A stretch of DNA of 64,000 bases from Raillietiella orientalis (Eukaryota), in the NCBI GenBank assembly GCA_036172245.1, contig JAYWIR010000050.1, positions 1,054,001 to 1,118,000 on the forward strand, read 5' to 3'. This document shows positions 39,815 through 51,400 of this stretch, one piece after another. Made by a program: the position numbers and the translations under genes. Numbering within the stretch: position 1 is the stretch's first letter; each line of letters opens with the position of its first letter. The notes beneath the pieces were generated by a model that had not been told where the DNA came from, ran no database searches, and saw nothing but the letters and a program-made list of their open reading frames with translations.

Positions 39815-42800
39815 ATGTCCTCGTCGCTAGCGAACGCCGGAGGCTAAACATCACCTCCTGGAACATCAATGGATTGACAGACCAAGGCAAAAGGAAGACA
39901 ATCTTGCGGACTATCGCAAGACAAGACTTAGTGTGCCTACAGGAAACCATCATCTCGGACAACAAAACGCCCAGGAGATGGAACGCCGGTTCAACGGGCA
40001 ACTGTTTGTCAGCGAGGGACAAAGGAAGACCATGGGTGTGGCGATCCTCATCAAGAACGAGCTCGTCCACACCCTTCTGGAAACCTTCTGTCCACTCGCT
40101 GGAAGGATAATCGGCGTGCGACTGTCCTGGTCCGACAACGTTCACCTGTTTCTGGTGAACGTGTACGGACCGCACAAGAACAAGCATCGGTGCGCGGAGG
40201 CTCTCCACGAGGCACTCCGCCAACGTGTAGCACCGAAGGACATGGTCATCGTCGCGGGTGACCTGAATATTCAAGACCACATCAAGTACCGTCAAGACAT
40301 CAGAGGAAGAGAGGCGTATCGACGGTTGTCCGACGACTTCGGACTCGTGTGGCGAACAGCCAGCCACAAACCAATCGATCACGTCCTTCATAGCGTGGAG
40401 ATCGACAACCGAATCCAGGGTTTTCGCGACATTCCTCACCTGCTGTCCGATCACCCTTTGGTTCGGTTCTCCCTCCGCATGGAAAATCCGCGACGGCGAA
40501 AGGCCACTAGGGCGGCGCTCACCTGCATGCCCGCCTGGTTTGAGATGCTTCCCTGTCACCAGGAGGTGATCGAGCGATTCTGCGGGACACCACCATCCGC
40601 AGAGTCGCCGACTGGGACAGGTTGAAGCATCGGATCCACCTGTTCTGCAACATGCAGTACTTTTGCAAGCGACTGAGGCAAGAAGCGTACCAGGAGCTCA
40701 ACATCCAAGACCACTCCCTCTCCAAGTACTACGATCAGTACGAGAGTCGGTACGTCTTCAATAATGTGAAAGGGGAGGTCGGCGTGCTGGAAAAGAAGAA
40801 TCTGGCGACAGACATCTTCTGCATCCAGTACGGCGGCCAGAAGCGGCACACGTCGGAAGACATCGTGGGAGCATTCCATCAGCACTATGAAGAACACTTC
40901 CGACGGCAACACACGTGCAAGTCTATGTAGAGAACTTTCCTGAGCTACCTCGAGAAGAGGACAAGCGATCTCCAGAGAGACAAACTGGAGGAGAATTTCT
41001 CCGAAGATGAGGTGAAAACGGCTTTTGGGCAACTGCGGAAGGACGTGGCAGCGGGCCCTGATAGTGTACCCATCACGCACTATCAGCGGTACCTGCACGC
41101 CTACCTGCGCTTGTTCCATCAGCTCACTCTCTGCATCCGTGAAGAAGGAAGACTACCCGAGTCCTTCTACGAGAGTCGGATGAGATTGTTGCCGAAAGGA
41201 GGCGACCTCACGCAGGTCGCCCAATGGAGGCCAATCTCCGTCCTAAACTCCGATGCCAAATGGTTGGCGAAGATCTGGGCCAACCGCTTAGGCAAGGTCA
41301 TGCCAAAGCTCATCTCTCCGGTCCAAACATGTGCGGTGCCCGGACGCCACATGTTGGACAATGTCAAGTGTGCCCAGGCCACCGTGGGACTCAGCCGGTA
41401 CGTCGGCGAGGACCTGGTGCTGGTGTTCACTGACATGAAGAAGGCTTTCGACTCCATCGACCATGGGATGCTGCTGAAGATTCTGGACGAGCTGGGCCTT
41501 CCGGAATACTTCAGCACCTTCGTGAGATTGGTACTCGAGAACCAATACTACCGAATCAAGATCAACGGCGAAGACACGACAGCAATTAGGATGGAACGAG
41601 GAGTCCGCCAGGGCGACTCGCTAAGTCCTATGCTGTTCGTTATTTACATGGAGGCGCTGTCCTCGTACATCGAGAAGAGTGGACGCCTCCAAGGCATCCA
41701 GATCGACGACCAGCTGCTCACCCACCTGGCGTACGCTGATGACCTTCTCTTCTTCGTCAAAGGAGAACGAAATCAGCGTGCGTTCCTGGAAGTGGTGACG
41801 CTCATGGAAGAAGGACTAGGATTAAAGATCAATGCAAGGAAAAGCCAACTTTTGCCCGTCGGAATCCTGGACCTCTCCGTCCTCACGGGGAGAGGATTCC
41901 GAACGGTGGATACAGCCAAATACCTGGGAGTCTACATTGGCGACGGCCCTGCGTCGAAGCTTTTGTGGGATGAAACCCTGGGGAAAACGGCGAAAGACGC
42001 AGCGAAGTACACCCGACAGGACCTTGGAATGAAACGCAAGGCCAACCTCTGGAATGGAGTCCTCCTTCCTAAGGTGCTCTTCGGGGCGGCCTTTGCGAGA
42101 GTGAAAAGGAACACCTCGAGGGAGCTGGAAAAACTGCAAAGGAAGACATTATGGGGCAAATATCGCCCAAGAGTTCGTTTGAAACCCCTATGTCGTCCCA
42201 AAGAAGAAGGTGGAACCGGGATGAAGTCGCTTGCACACTCCATGGCAATCATGGACACGCGACACATCCTGGATATCGCCGAACAATGGGACGACTGGCC
42301 GTACGCGGCGCATAGGGCCTACTCGATGTTGCTTAACAACTCGAAAGGTCTGATGACTGCGCTGCTAGGCCGACTAGGGGAGTGGATGACCATCGACCCG
42401 ACCTGGAGGAGGAAACAACTGCTGGTACGAAAGTACAAGATCAAGATCGTGCCAAGAAGCAGGGAACTCTGGCAACAGGAGTCCATCCTCGTGATCCCTT
42501 GGATGCTTCCGGTCCCGGACGATACCCGAGGATGGATCTACCGGCGGCACAGAGTTACCTTGCAATGAATCCAGGAATGGAGAAAAGGAGGCCACCTACA
42601 TCATGTTCGTATACTTCGGTATATCGAGAAGATGCTAGGTAGGTTCACCCACCGGACCCGCGAAGTGTGGATAAACCACGATGACTTTGCGTGGTCCAGG
42701 GTAACCAAAACAAACCTCCGAAGAATGATAAAGGATCAAGATGAAGACACCAGTACCCTCCAGGAAGCGGCCAATCGCTACGGAAGCAACAGGATCAACC

Positions 42801-43330
42801 TGTTGGCGATCGGCACGACCCTATGGAAGAGTGACCTTCCGCCGGACAGCCAGGACAACCTCCTGATGTTTTATCACGGAGGAATCCTGAGCGGGTCCGG
42901 ACTAAAGTACTTCACAAGAAGAAGAGGAGACGAAGACTGCCCAGCATGTGGAGACACGGATACCAGACTTCACATCCTGACGTGTCCCACATTGCTCCAC
43001 GACTGGCTGATCCTTAAACGGATCATTGGACGCACCACCAGTTCCACGATGGAGATCCTAGCCGGGATGTTTCAGGGAGATGGTAATGTTCCCTGTTACA
43101 ATCCCATGGTGAGGACGACCATTGCCCTCTTCATCACTGCCATTCTGGTGCGGTGGTGGAAGATGAGGAAAGCCAGGAGAGCCGCACCTCCGATGGAGAT
43201 CCTGCAAGGACTCCTGAAGAAGGAAATCGGCATAAGAAATTGTGGAAGGCGAGCAGCCTGGACGTACAGACTCATCCTTAGGAGGATTGAAGACGACGCC
43301 CGGGACCAAACACCCTCATACCCACCCTAA
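39815..43330 (+). pseudogene. Family A ORF2 (APE endonuclease + RT + CCHC), disrupted
   Basis: SWNING, LQET, GDLN, IDHV, SDH; WRPIS, KAFDS, GVRQGDSLSP, YADD, KYLG; CPACG..HILTC. Frameshifts near 39838, 39950 and 40575; stops at 40928 and 42566. Confidence 0.92.
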
Positions 43331-43883
43331 GTGCAGAACTTCAGTGAATCCCAAGGACTTCCAGTGAATACAGAACAAGTAGTGTATTGTATGAATGTGA
43401 CTGTAGTGTGAATGATATTAAAAAAATGGAAATAAATTTACCCCACCCCTTGTGGGACCTGGGAAAAAAAATAAATAAATAAATTATTGCATTGTTGATA
43501 AAGATTGTCGAGGAAAACGACCTCCCTATTATTAAAATATTTCGATATTTAAATTGTGATTTTTGTAATGCAGCAGCAACTGTTCTGAGTATTTAATTAC
43601 AATGTACAGACTTCTCACGTTTTGTATTAACTATAGCTAATAAGACCATCAGTACGGCGTTCGATACGTTTGTAAGGAGAGCAGCAGCAATAGTTTAAGA
43701 ACATAAATTTCACGTGATCAACAATTAATTCTCAGTTTGCATTTTACTTTTGTATTATTCTGTCTGAAGCTTAAATCACATTATGTGACATAATAATAAT
43801 AATAGTAACAATGAGAATAATAATAAATTCCTAGGTCTGGAGATTTCTTTGGAAAATCGCGGGTTTACGAGCACCATCTAGGG

Positions 43884-44345
43884 CAGCATTCTTCAACGTT
43901 TTTACTCTCGTGGACCAAGGAAAATAGGAGAAATATTTCGCGGACAGGCTGAAGCCTAAGACAGAAAGAAAAACCAATGTAGATAGTATTTTATTTATTA
44001 CATCCAATGTTATGCAATTACAATTTTGAGCTAGTGCGACATCTGCTTCTGTTTGGAGGTTAGGAAAATTGGTATACCTGGCTGGGGCGTTGTTCCTGAG
44101 ATGAAGCGCTGTCATAACATCCATTCGATTTTTCGATTTTATTACTGACATGGCTGAAATAGGAAGTCGAAAAAACGAGCAACAATTTGAGAGCTTCATA
44201 ACTCAGAGATAGATATTCTTTTTCGAGTGATAGCCAAAATTGAGACAATGATTGCATTTTATGTCTGCATAACAGAGTGATATCAGAAGGCAACTCGATC
44301 AGCTTTTCTTTTTCACGAAGATCAGTGCGCATGATTTTATTTCTT
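43884..44345 (-). mobile_element. hAT (Buster/Charlie-like) DNA transposon 3' remnant
   Basis: EKLIELPSD..LSQFWLSLEKEYLSLSYEALKLLLVFSTSY / SAMSVIKSKNRMDV matches the hAT dimerisation domain; TIR-like cagcattcttcaac preceded by atcTAggg (Buster-type NNNTANNN site). Confidence 0.75.
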
Positions 44346-44692
44346 CCAAGAAGGGAGGTTACCTTTACGCGGATCTTCATTTCCAGGAAAATAATATTTA
44401 AATTTTTATGCTAACGCCCTTAAACGTTGACTTCTTATGTTGAATATGACTTTCTGGTTCACATCAGCAGCGATCAAAAATTCTCCCCACGGTGGAAGCA
44501 TTGCTATATCTTCCTTTTGTACGCGACTATCCCAAAGAATGCAAATGACGAGGATGTTTGGAAGGTTTCATAGCGTCATTTGACAGAATTTCGGAACATA
44601 CGTAGACACAAAGGCAGCGGCGATACTTCACTGCCAGGGACTGCAATGAAACCAAGTTTTAAATGGTGCTTGTTGAAATGCCTAACAAAGTT

Positions 44693-46218
44693 CGCTCTGC
44701 GTCCTGTTACGGATGCTGACAAGTGCTACTTTAGTATTATTCCGGTGGGGCCACCTTGTCGCGGCCTCCAAGAAGATCGTTGTCCAGTGGATGGCGTCCC
44801 TGCTTTTTTGACCTCTTCTTTCGCGTTCCACCTTGCCAGGATGCCGCGAGCACCGCAGAGAACTGCAAGAGACGCAGCGGGGGGGTAGGGCATCACTCAT
44901 GAAGAGGCGCCGGAAAATGTCTTTCGGGTCGCCTACTGGAATATTGAAGCTGGATGATAGTCGATCCCAAAGTTCAACAAGGGCGACACACTCTATTAGG
45001 AGATCCCTTTCACCGGACTCTGAACAACAGGCATCCACACTCCCAAGTGTCCAATGAGAGAGACGTGCTCTGCATAGGAGGCCCCAATGCAAGAAGAGGC
45101 CTGCGTCGGAGGCTTTGTGGTTAAAGCTTCCGCGCGTGGCACCATGCGTCGCGGGTTCGAATACTTCGGCAGATAACTGACGCCACTGTGTCGTTGGGTT
45201 CCGTAGTTGCAATGGCGCTGGTTGGCCTAATCATTCGGACGTGGCACTGGCGGTGGATTAAGCCGGAGACCACCGATGAAGGCCGGAACAATGAAAGTCG
45301 ACCTTCGGGTCCTTCCAGGAATAAAGGAGTGGGGAGTTCCCCCTCCTGTCGTACAACGGAGAGCGGACCCCCATCACCGGGTGACCGCCTCCGGTTTCAA
45401 GATGGAGCAGGAGCCCTCACGGGCACCTCTCCAGTTGTTCAAAGGAGTGGACCACCCTGTTGGGGGGTCCCTCCGAGTCGTTGCCTCTCCAGAAGAGTGC
45501 AAGGAAGCACGCGACAGCGATCCCCCTGCGGGAAGCAGCAGCGTCCCTTCGGACTTCTCTTCGGAGCAGTGAACACGAGCGGTTCCCTTGCGGGTTCCCT
45601 CCGGAGAAGAAATTCCTACAAGCGGATCCTTTCCGGGTTCCCTTCGGAGAAGTTGAAATGGAAAGGAACATCCCCCATTAGGGGGGTGCCCCTCCGGAGA
45701 GAATGAGGAAGGAGATTCCCTTCGGGGTTCTCCTTCGGAGACAACCAGGGTGGGAGGTGCGATCCCCCCCCGGACGGGGGGGATCCCTCCCCAAGCGTCA
45801 GAGGAACGGACTCCGAGTCCTTCCTGGATTCATAGGGCGGATCCCGGGGTGTCCCCTATCCTGAAGAATTACACGCCCCCCTGCGGGTTGCCGTGGGCGG
45901 AGAGGCGTGGAAACAAAAAGAACCCAAGGATTTCCATCGTCCGTCTCTTGCCACTTCACTGGAAGGGTGCCACTATCCCAGCACGCTGGGGGCCACTTCA
46001 CCTCCTCCGGAGGTATTCCCCTCCCCTTTTTGAATCTTTTTGTTTTATTTTTTGTTCGAGTTTCCCCTTCCCCTCGCCCTCCGAGAGGACCTCACCGCTC
46101 TTAGCATCATTTGATGACAAGTCTTCGAGCGTGGTTGATCAAACATCATTACAGACTTCATTATAAGATTTTTGTATAAAAATTCTAATAATAAATGCCC
46201 AGGCACATCCGGGTGATA
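44693..46218 (+). mobile_element. Family B copy with 5' inversion, interrupted by an ~830-bp insert
   Basis: Antisense ORF2 segments 44693-45104 and ~45941-46015, sense 3' UTR ~46016-46218; 9-bp TSD aacaaagtt at 44684-44692 and 46219-46227. Confidence 0.82.
45105..45940 (+). mobile_element. Putative tRNA-derived SINE-like element with a mini-hairpin array
   Basis: Head 45105-45170 has acceptor-like GTCGGAG/CTTCGGC, D-arm GCTTT-GTGGTT-AAAGC and B-box GGTTCGAATAC; it splits a family B ORF between KWQET and AGLFLH; partial second copy at 6162-6495. Confidence 0.6.
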
Positions 46219-48462
46219 AACAAAGTTTCCTTTTCTCTTTTTGGTTTGTATTGCACATTCCAAAGTATCAACCTATTTCTTTGTTTCCTCTAAACTTGAG
46301 TCACTAGTGCTTGGCATACTTTCAGTACCATCACACCTTTTCTCCTGAATGTTGTACCTGCCTCTGCTAAAGAAGGTTAAAAGGTTTTGCTGTTTGTTTG
46401 ACTTTCGACTCCGTTTTTGTGGAATTTAAAATTCCACGAAAGAAAATACTTCTTTTCGGAAATAGCACAACACGGTATCAGAAAAGAACACTGACGAGCG
46501 CGACGAACGGAAAACTTGAGGGCCGCCTCACCGACGGGCGAGCTGACGCAACACTGCCGTCCGGCGGCCGCGCACTTCGCGCGTGCTTGGGGCGTTCCAT
46601 TGTTGCGTGCGGCCGCACGCTCGCCCCGCAACAATGCGGCGTCCGGATCGCGCAGCTGCCACGTGATTGGTGGGGTATTTTTGGCGGATCGCCGCCGGGA
46701 AGTTTCCGCGGAAGAGCGCTAAGCAGAGGCGTTCCACCAACTGCTGTTGCTGCTGGCAACTTCGGAAATGCTGCCGAAAAATTAGGGCGATCCTAAGGTC
46801 ACCTGGGAAAACAAATTCTAACGGGAATTTTGCTTTTGAGATTCTTCTTTTTGACCTGTGATCGCTGGATCACGGGTTAAAAAGGAAAAAGAGGAAAGAA
46901 CAAAAAGTGTTCCGCGGCGGATTAGGAAAGTTCAACTCTTCAATTCCACTTTATATCCATTTTTATTTACCATTTAAATTATTGATAATGAAAATGCGTT
47001 GAAAAGGAAGAATTGACTATTTTGTGTAGCTGCATTAAAAGTCCTGCAAATGCAAACAATTGTGAACTAGGCATGAAAGGAAATTCAAATTAACATGTAG
47101 CAGCTGTTTTTTTTGAAATATGTTTATAGTTTCATGTATTTTGGAATGATTTGCGTTGGCTTTATTTGATAAGTAATAAACAAGAAGGTATACTTAATTT
47201 CAGTTTGTTAATTATGTAGTTATGCATAACGAAGAAATGGAGGTTCTCTGATGATTTCTTCCCAGACAAGGAGGGATTTCATAGTGGTTGCTCTATCATT
47301 AAATTTCCAATCATGCCTATCCATAGTCTAAAATCTCGATGCTGTCAGCACTCCATGCAGAATGTATGATATGCTAGTTCTAGCAGTCATCATATTTAGT
47401 TAAATGGTTGAATTTCTTATACATACCCCGGATTTTCAACTACTCTCTATTACATTTCTCAAGTACACAAGCTACAAACGGTTGCAATCAAGAGATTTCA
47501 CATTTTTGATTTGTGTTTCCCTCTTTTACTATGATTTTCCCATACTAAAATGTTCAAAAGTAAATGGAGGGGTGGTTAACTTATTTGTCTGATTTTCAAG
47601 GCTTATAGCATTTTGAGGTTTATGATATCAAGGACAGTCCTTGAGACAACGGCAGTCTGTAAACAATTAACTACGAATCTCAGGCTTGAAGAAACTAATA
47701 AATGCCTGGCAATTCAAGTAATTAAGGCAATATTTATGAACTGGAATTTCCAAACTGCTTTGAGTACTTTTGTGCTGCAGGCTTGCTGCAGTCATCGCAG
47801 TGATGATGGATGCAGCTTGAAACTATTTCAAAAGTGTAAATCATATTGTTGCAAATTGTTCAAGACAAGTGGTATCTAGAGTATGCAATTCAGATTACAA
47901 AAGATGGTTATTTGATATAAGTTTTAATTTCATCTGGTTGATCAGTAAGTTCTTTGAAACTTTGAATTCTACATGCATCATCAAAACCAAAGCAATGAAA
48001 CATCATCATACTTGTTGTTTCTGTTATATTGCCTGGAAATATTGTATCAATGGTTACTATTTTAAACATCATATAATCTAATTAAAGATGCCACAGTTTA
48101 TTTTTGCACACTACTCTTCTAAGAAGCCATGTTTTACTTTAAGTTCTGAGCTTGAAATGTAGAATACCCAACCTTTCACTTTAATAATCTTGCATTTTAC
48201 CTTGGTGTAACACCTGGTTAGTGTGCATTTCTTATCTTATATCAGACAGCATGAAAATCTAAATTAATTGGTCACTCTTTAAATTAAATTGACTTATTAG
48301 ATGAATAAAAGTAATCAATAATATAATGAATTGATTCTCTTAAGGTTTTGAATTCCTTTTATTATGGAAATGTTACAAGTATTCACCCCTGATGCAGTTG
48401 TTGTGCATTTAATACTTTTAAGAATGATTGGAGTGAATCACCAACTGAAACCAAAGTTTGGG

Positions 48463-51400
48463 TTACATTTTGGTAGTTGATGCTGTAGCAAACCATTTTA
48501 ACTGTTGCCGGTTAGGAAGGTGTGGGTGATAATATATACAGTCAGCACGAGAACATTTAACACCGTATTTGCATGGCTAAAAAGATAGATTAGTTATCTG
48601 AATAATGATTGAGAAGTGACTCACCTTGGGATGAACATACATACATTGCATATTAGTACAAAATGGGAACTTTTTACATAAAACTTCCTTCGAAACAGTA
48701 CTTGTATGTGGTGACATCTCTACTGTTTGGGGGATATGACTGTATGGACAATTTGCTTTGTTACACTGTGCATTGTATTTACAGGTTGGATGAATAAAAA
48801 GGCACTTGTCTCCAAAGCGGCAATTTGGAAACATTTGACAAAATACATTTGGATGCGCAAACATACAATTAATATTTTTGCACTGAGGCCAATAACGGCA
48901 CTTTCCGAGTTTTTTAACTGATCCTTCCTCATTACTTTGCACTTCTTTGTTCTCATGTTCCCTAAATCCATTCAGTGAAACACCATTCAATGTCACAATG
49001 AAGCTGGGGCTTGGAGCCCTATCAGCACTGATTTGTTCAATTACAGTACGTTTTTTGGGATGTTCTTTGGGTTCATCAACTATGATACCCAGAGTTTCTG
49101 ATGAAACCCCATTATAGTTGAAGTCATCAGGTTTGTTTATTTGCTGGTGTGCATATGGAAACACATTCTTTAGTCTCTGATCATTTTCAGACTTTTGTGT
49201 AACACCAGTTAATGGCTTTGACCGGCTTTGTGTGGATGTTACAGATTGCTGTGCTTCTGCTACGGCTTTTAATAAAAGTTTTTTGTTGGCCTGCATCCCC
49301 ACAGGCAAAGTAGGCCTTGGTCGGACTCTCACAACAGAGGCAACACCTGGATTTTCCATTTTTTGGTTGTTCTGAATACAATTTTTTGTCACAATTTCAA
49401 TCTTCGATGCAGGACGTCCACTTTTTTTCTGCTTAGCCACAGCCAATGCTGATGCAAAAGGTGCAGAGTGAATAGAAACCTCTAAGGAAATATTAGAATT
49501 TCTATTGGCCTGGTGTCGAGAAGGAAGCATTGAATTTGAATTATGCTGAATTTTGGATTGAACTTTTAAAGATGTGTCTTTGATTTCGGAATCAAGCATA
49601 TCATCTAGTTCGTAGTCTTCACGTAAAGCAAGATACTCTCCATCATCATCTCCGACTGTTTCCAAAATTCCATGTACCATCTAAGAAAGAGAGAGAGAAA
49701 AAAAGAATTGTGCCAAGATCATATTAAATAAGTAAAGACCTGTACATCGGACAGCCTTAAAAATTCGGATCCCTTTTTATCTGGGGCAAATTTCGAGTCT
49801 TGAATTATCTTGCTGGCTAATTTAATCTTTTTCGGAGGACCACTGGGATCTGACGTAAAATTCCTTTTTTTCTGAACATTCACATGTTCCTTCTTTAATT
49901 CGTCTGTTAGTTCTTGTTTAGCTAAATCTGAAACTGGAACTGATGACAAATGTAAACTACTTTAAAGTAAAAACGTAAGTACCTGCAGTTTGCTGCACAG
50001 ATTCAAGTTTTTTAAGTACTTCACAAAGCCAACCAGTAAAAACCTGAGTATGAATGCCAAGAAATAAAGATAAATGTTCATCCATTTGAGTTTTTGACTT
50101 TTTATTGGCAATAAGGACCATAATGTACTCTGGAAGCTCTTCATCTAAAAACAATGAAAAACCATGAATTTGAAATGTAATAAGAGATTCCTCAATGTTT
50201 GCTATTTCACCTAATCTTAATTTTTTGTTTTAAAGATATCAACTTAAAGCAAATTTTGTTTCATTCAATGTTACCAACTAAAAGGTCCCCAAACTAAGCT
50301 TACTTATCATTACTTGCAGAGTGAGTTTTGCAAAATCACTGCAAATATGTATAGCAGTAATAATAAATGGCTTGAGGAATGGACCAAGCATTCTATAATT
50401 TCTCGATTGCATACTGCTAAGTGAAACATGAATTGAAAACCACGTATATGTGAATACGAGTGTACCATGTAAAAATGAATGTGCTACAGTGTATTAATTA
50501 TCTCTAAAAAAATGTCAAAAACTGTTATCCTTTGTACAAACGAATTACAAATTTGATTTACAATGTGCAACATGAAAAACTCAAAACTGTTCTTGGATGT
50601 TTAAGAATCGTTTACTTAATACTCGGACTATTTTGCAAATTCAATATTAAAGAAAAATGAAATAATTAAATTAAATTGGAAATTTTATGCATGCGATTTT
50701 TAAAGTATTGAAACAATTGTCAAAATTCCAACTGCTGGTGTTTATTGCACTGGTAAATAAGAAATCGTAGTACACACATAGTTCAGAATTTGGCATGAAT
50801 GGATAAAAATATAATTTAAAAGTGCAGCAGACTTTGAAACAACAGGGATTCGGTCTTGTGTGAAACTATGGCGTACATGCATTGTAAACACATATCATAC
50901 AAAAAAAAAAATCCGCTGTAAAAATGCTATGCAGATGAATCTGGGATTCTTCACAGTAGATGATGGTGCAGATCAAGCAAAAGTTGAGCATGCACTTCAC
51001 TAATGAAAAAAGTAACTTTTCCCAAGGGAAATGTAACCTTTCTTTGGGCACTTACCAAAGAAAAAAAATCCTGAAATTCAATAGAGCTATTTATCCCATG
51101 TTCTGTTTGGAGTTTATACATTGTTTTGATTTACTACATGAACATGCAAACTGTCAGTTTCAATTAAACACATACTAATTTAAAAAAGCAGCCTAAATAA
51201 TCCAGACATGCATGACAATCCTGGCTACTCTGGCCAAAGTTATTTTTATGATCAGAACTACACTCCAAGCATTGATGGCAAACTTTGAAGAATGCAAGAT
51301 ATGAATCAAAAAACAAGCATTGATGAACCATGATAAAGAAACCTCCGTTAAGTTCTGAAGATTTTAATTCACAAAGAATTCAGGGAGAGATTAACTGAAA

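Larger units (their letters stand above)
38059..43477 (+). mobile_element. Full-length (~5.4 kb) L1/Tx1-type non-LTR retrotransposon (family A)
   Basis: ORF1 plus ORF2, 3' UTR, AATAAA, hairpin and A-rich tail; 16-bp TSD aataaattattgcatt at 38043-38058 and 43478-43493. Confidence 0.95.

Noticed and set aside
38726..41119. Long antisense ORFs inside the retroelement
   Set aside because: Shadow frames expected from GC-rich coding DNA.
45105..45170. Functional tRNA gene
   Set aside because: The 3' half of the T-stem is missing, the anticodon stem does not pair, and there is no terminator; treated as a SINE-like head.
45272..45300. ccgatgaaggccgg...gaaa hammerhead-like motif
   Set aside because: Core reads CCGATGA and stem II does not pair.
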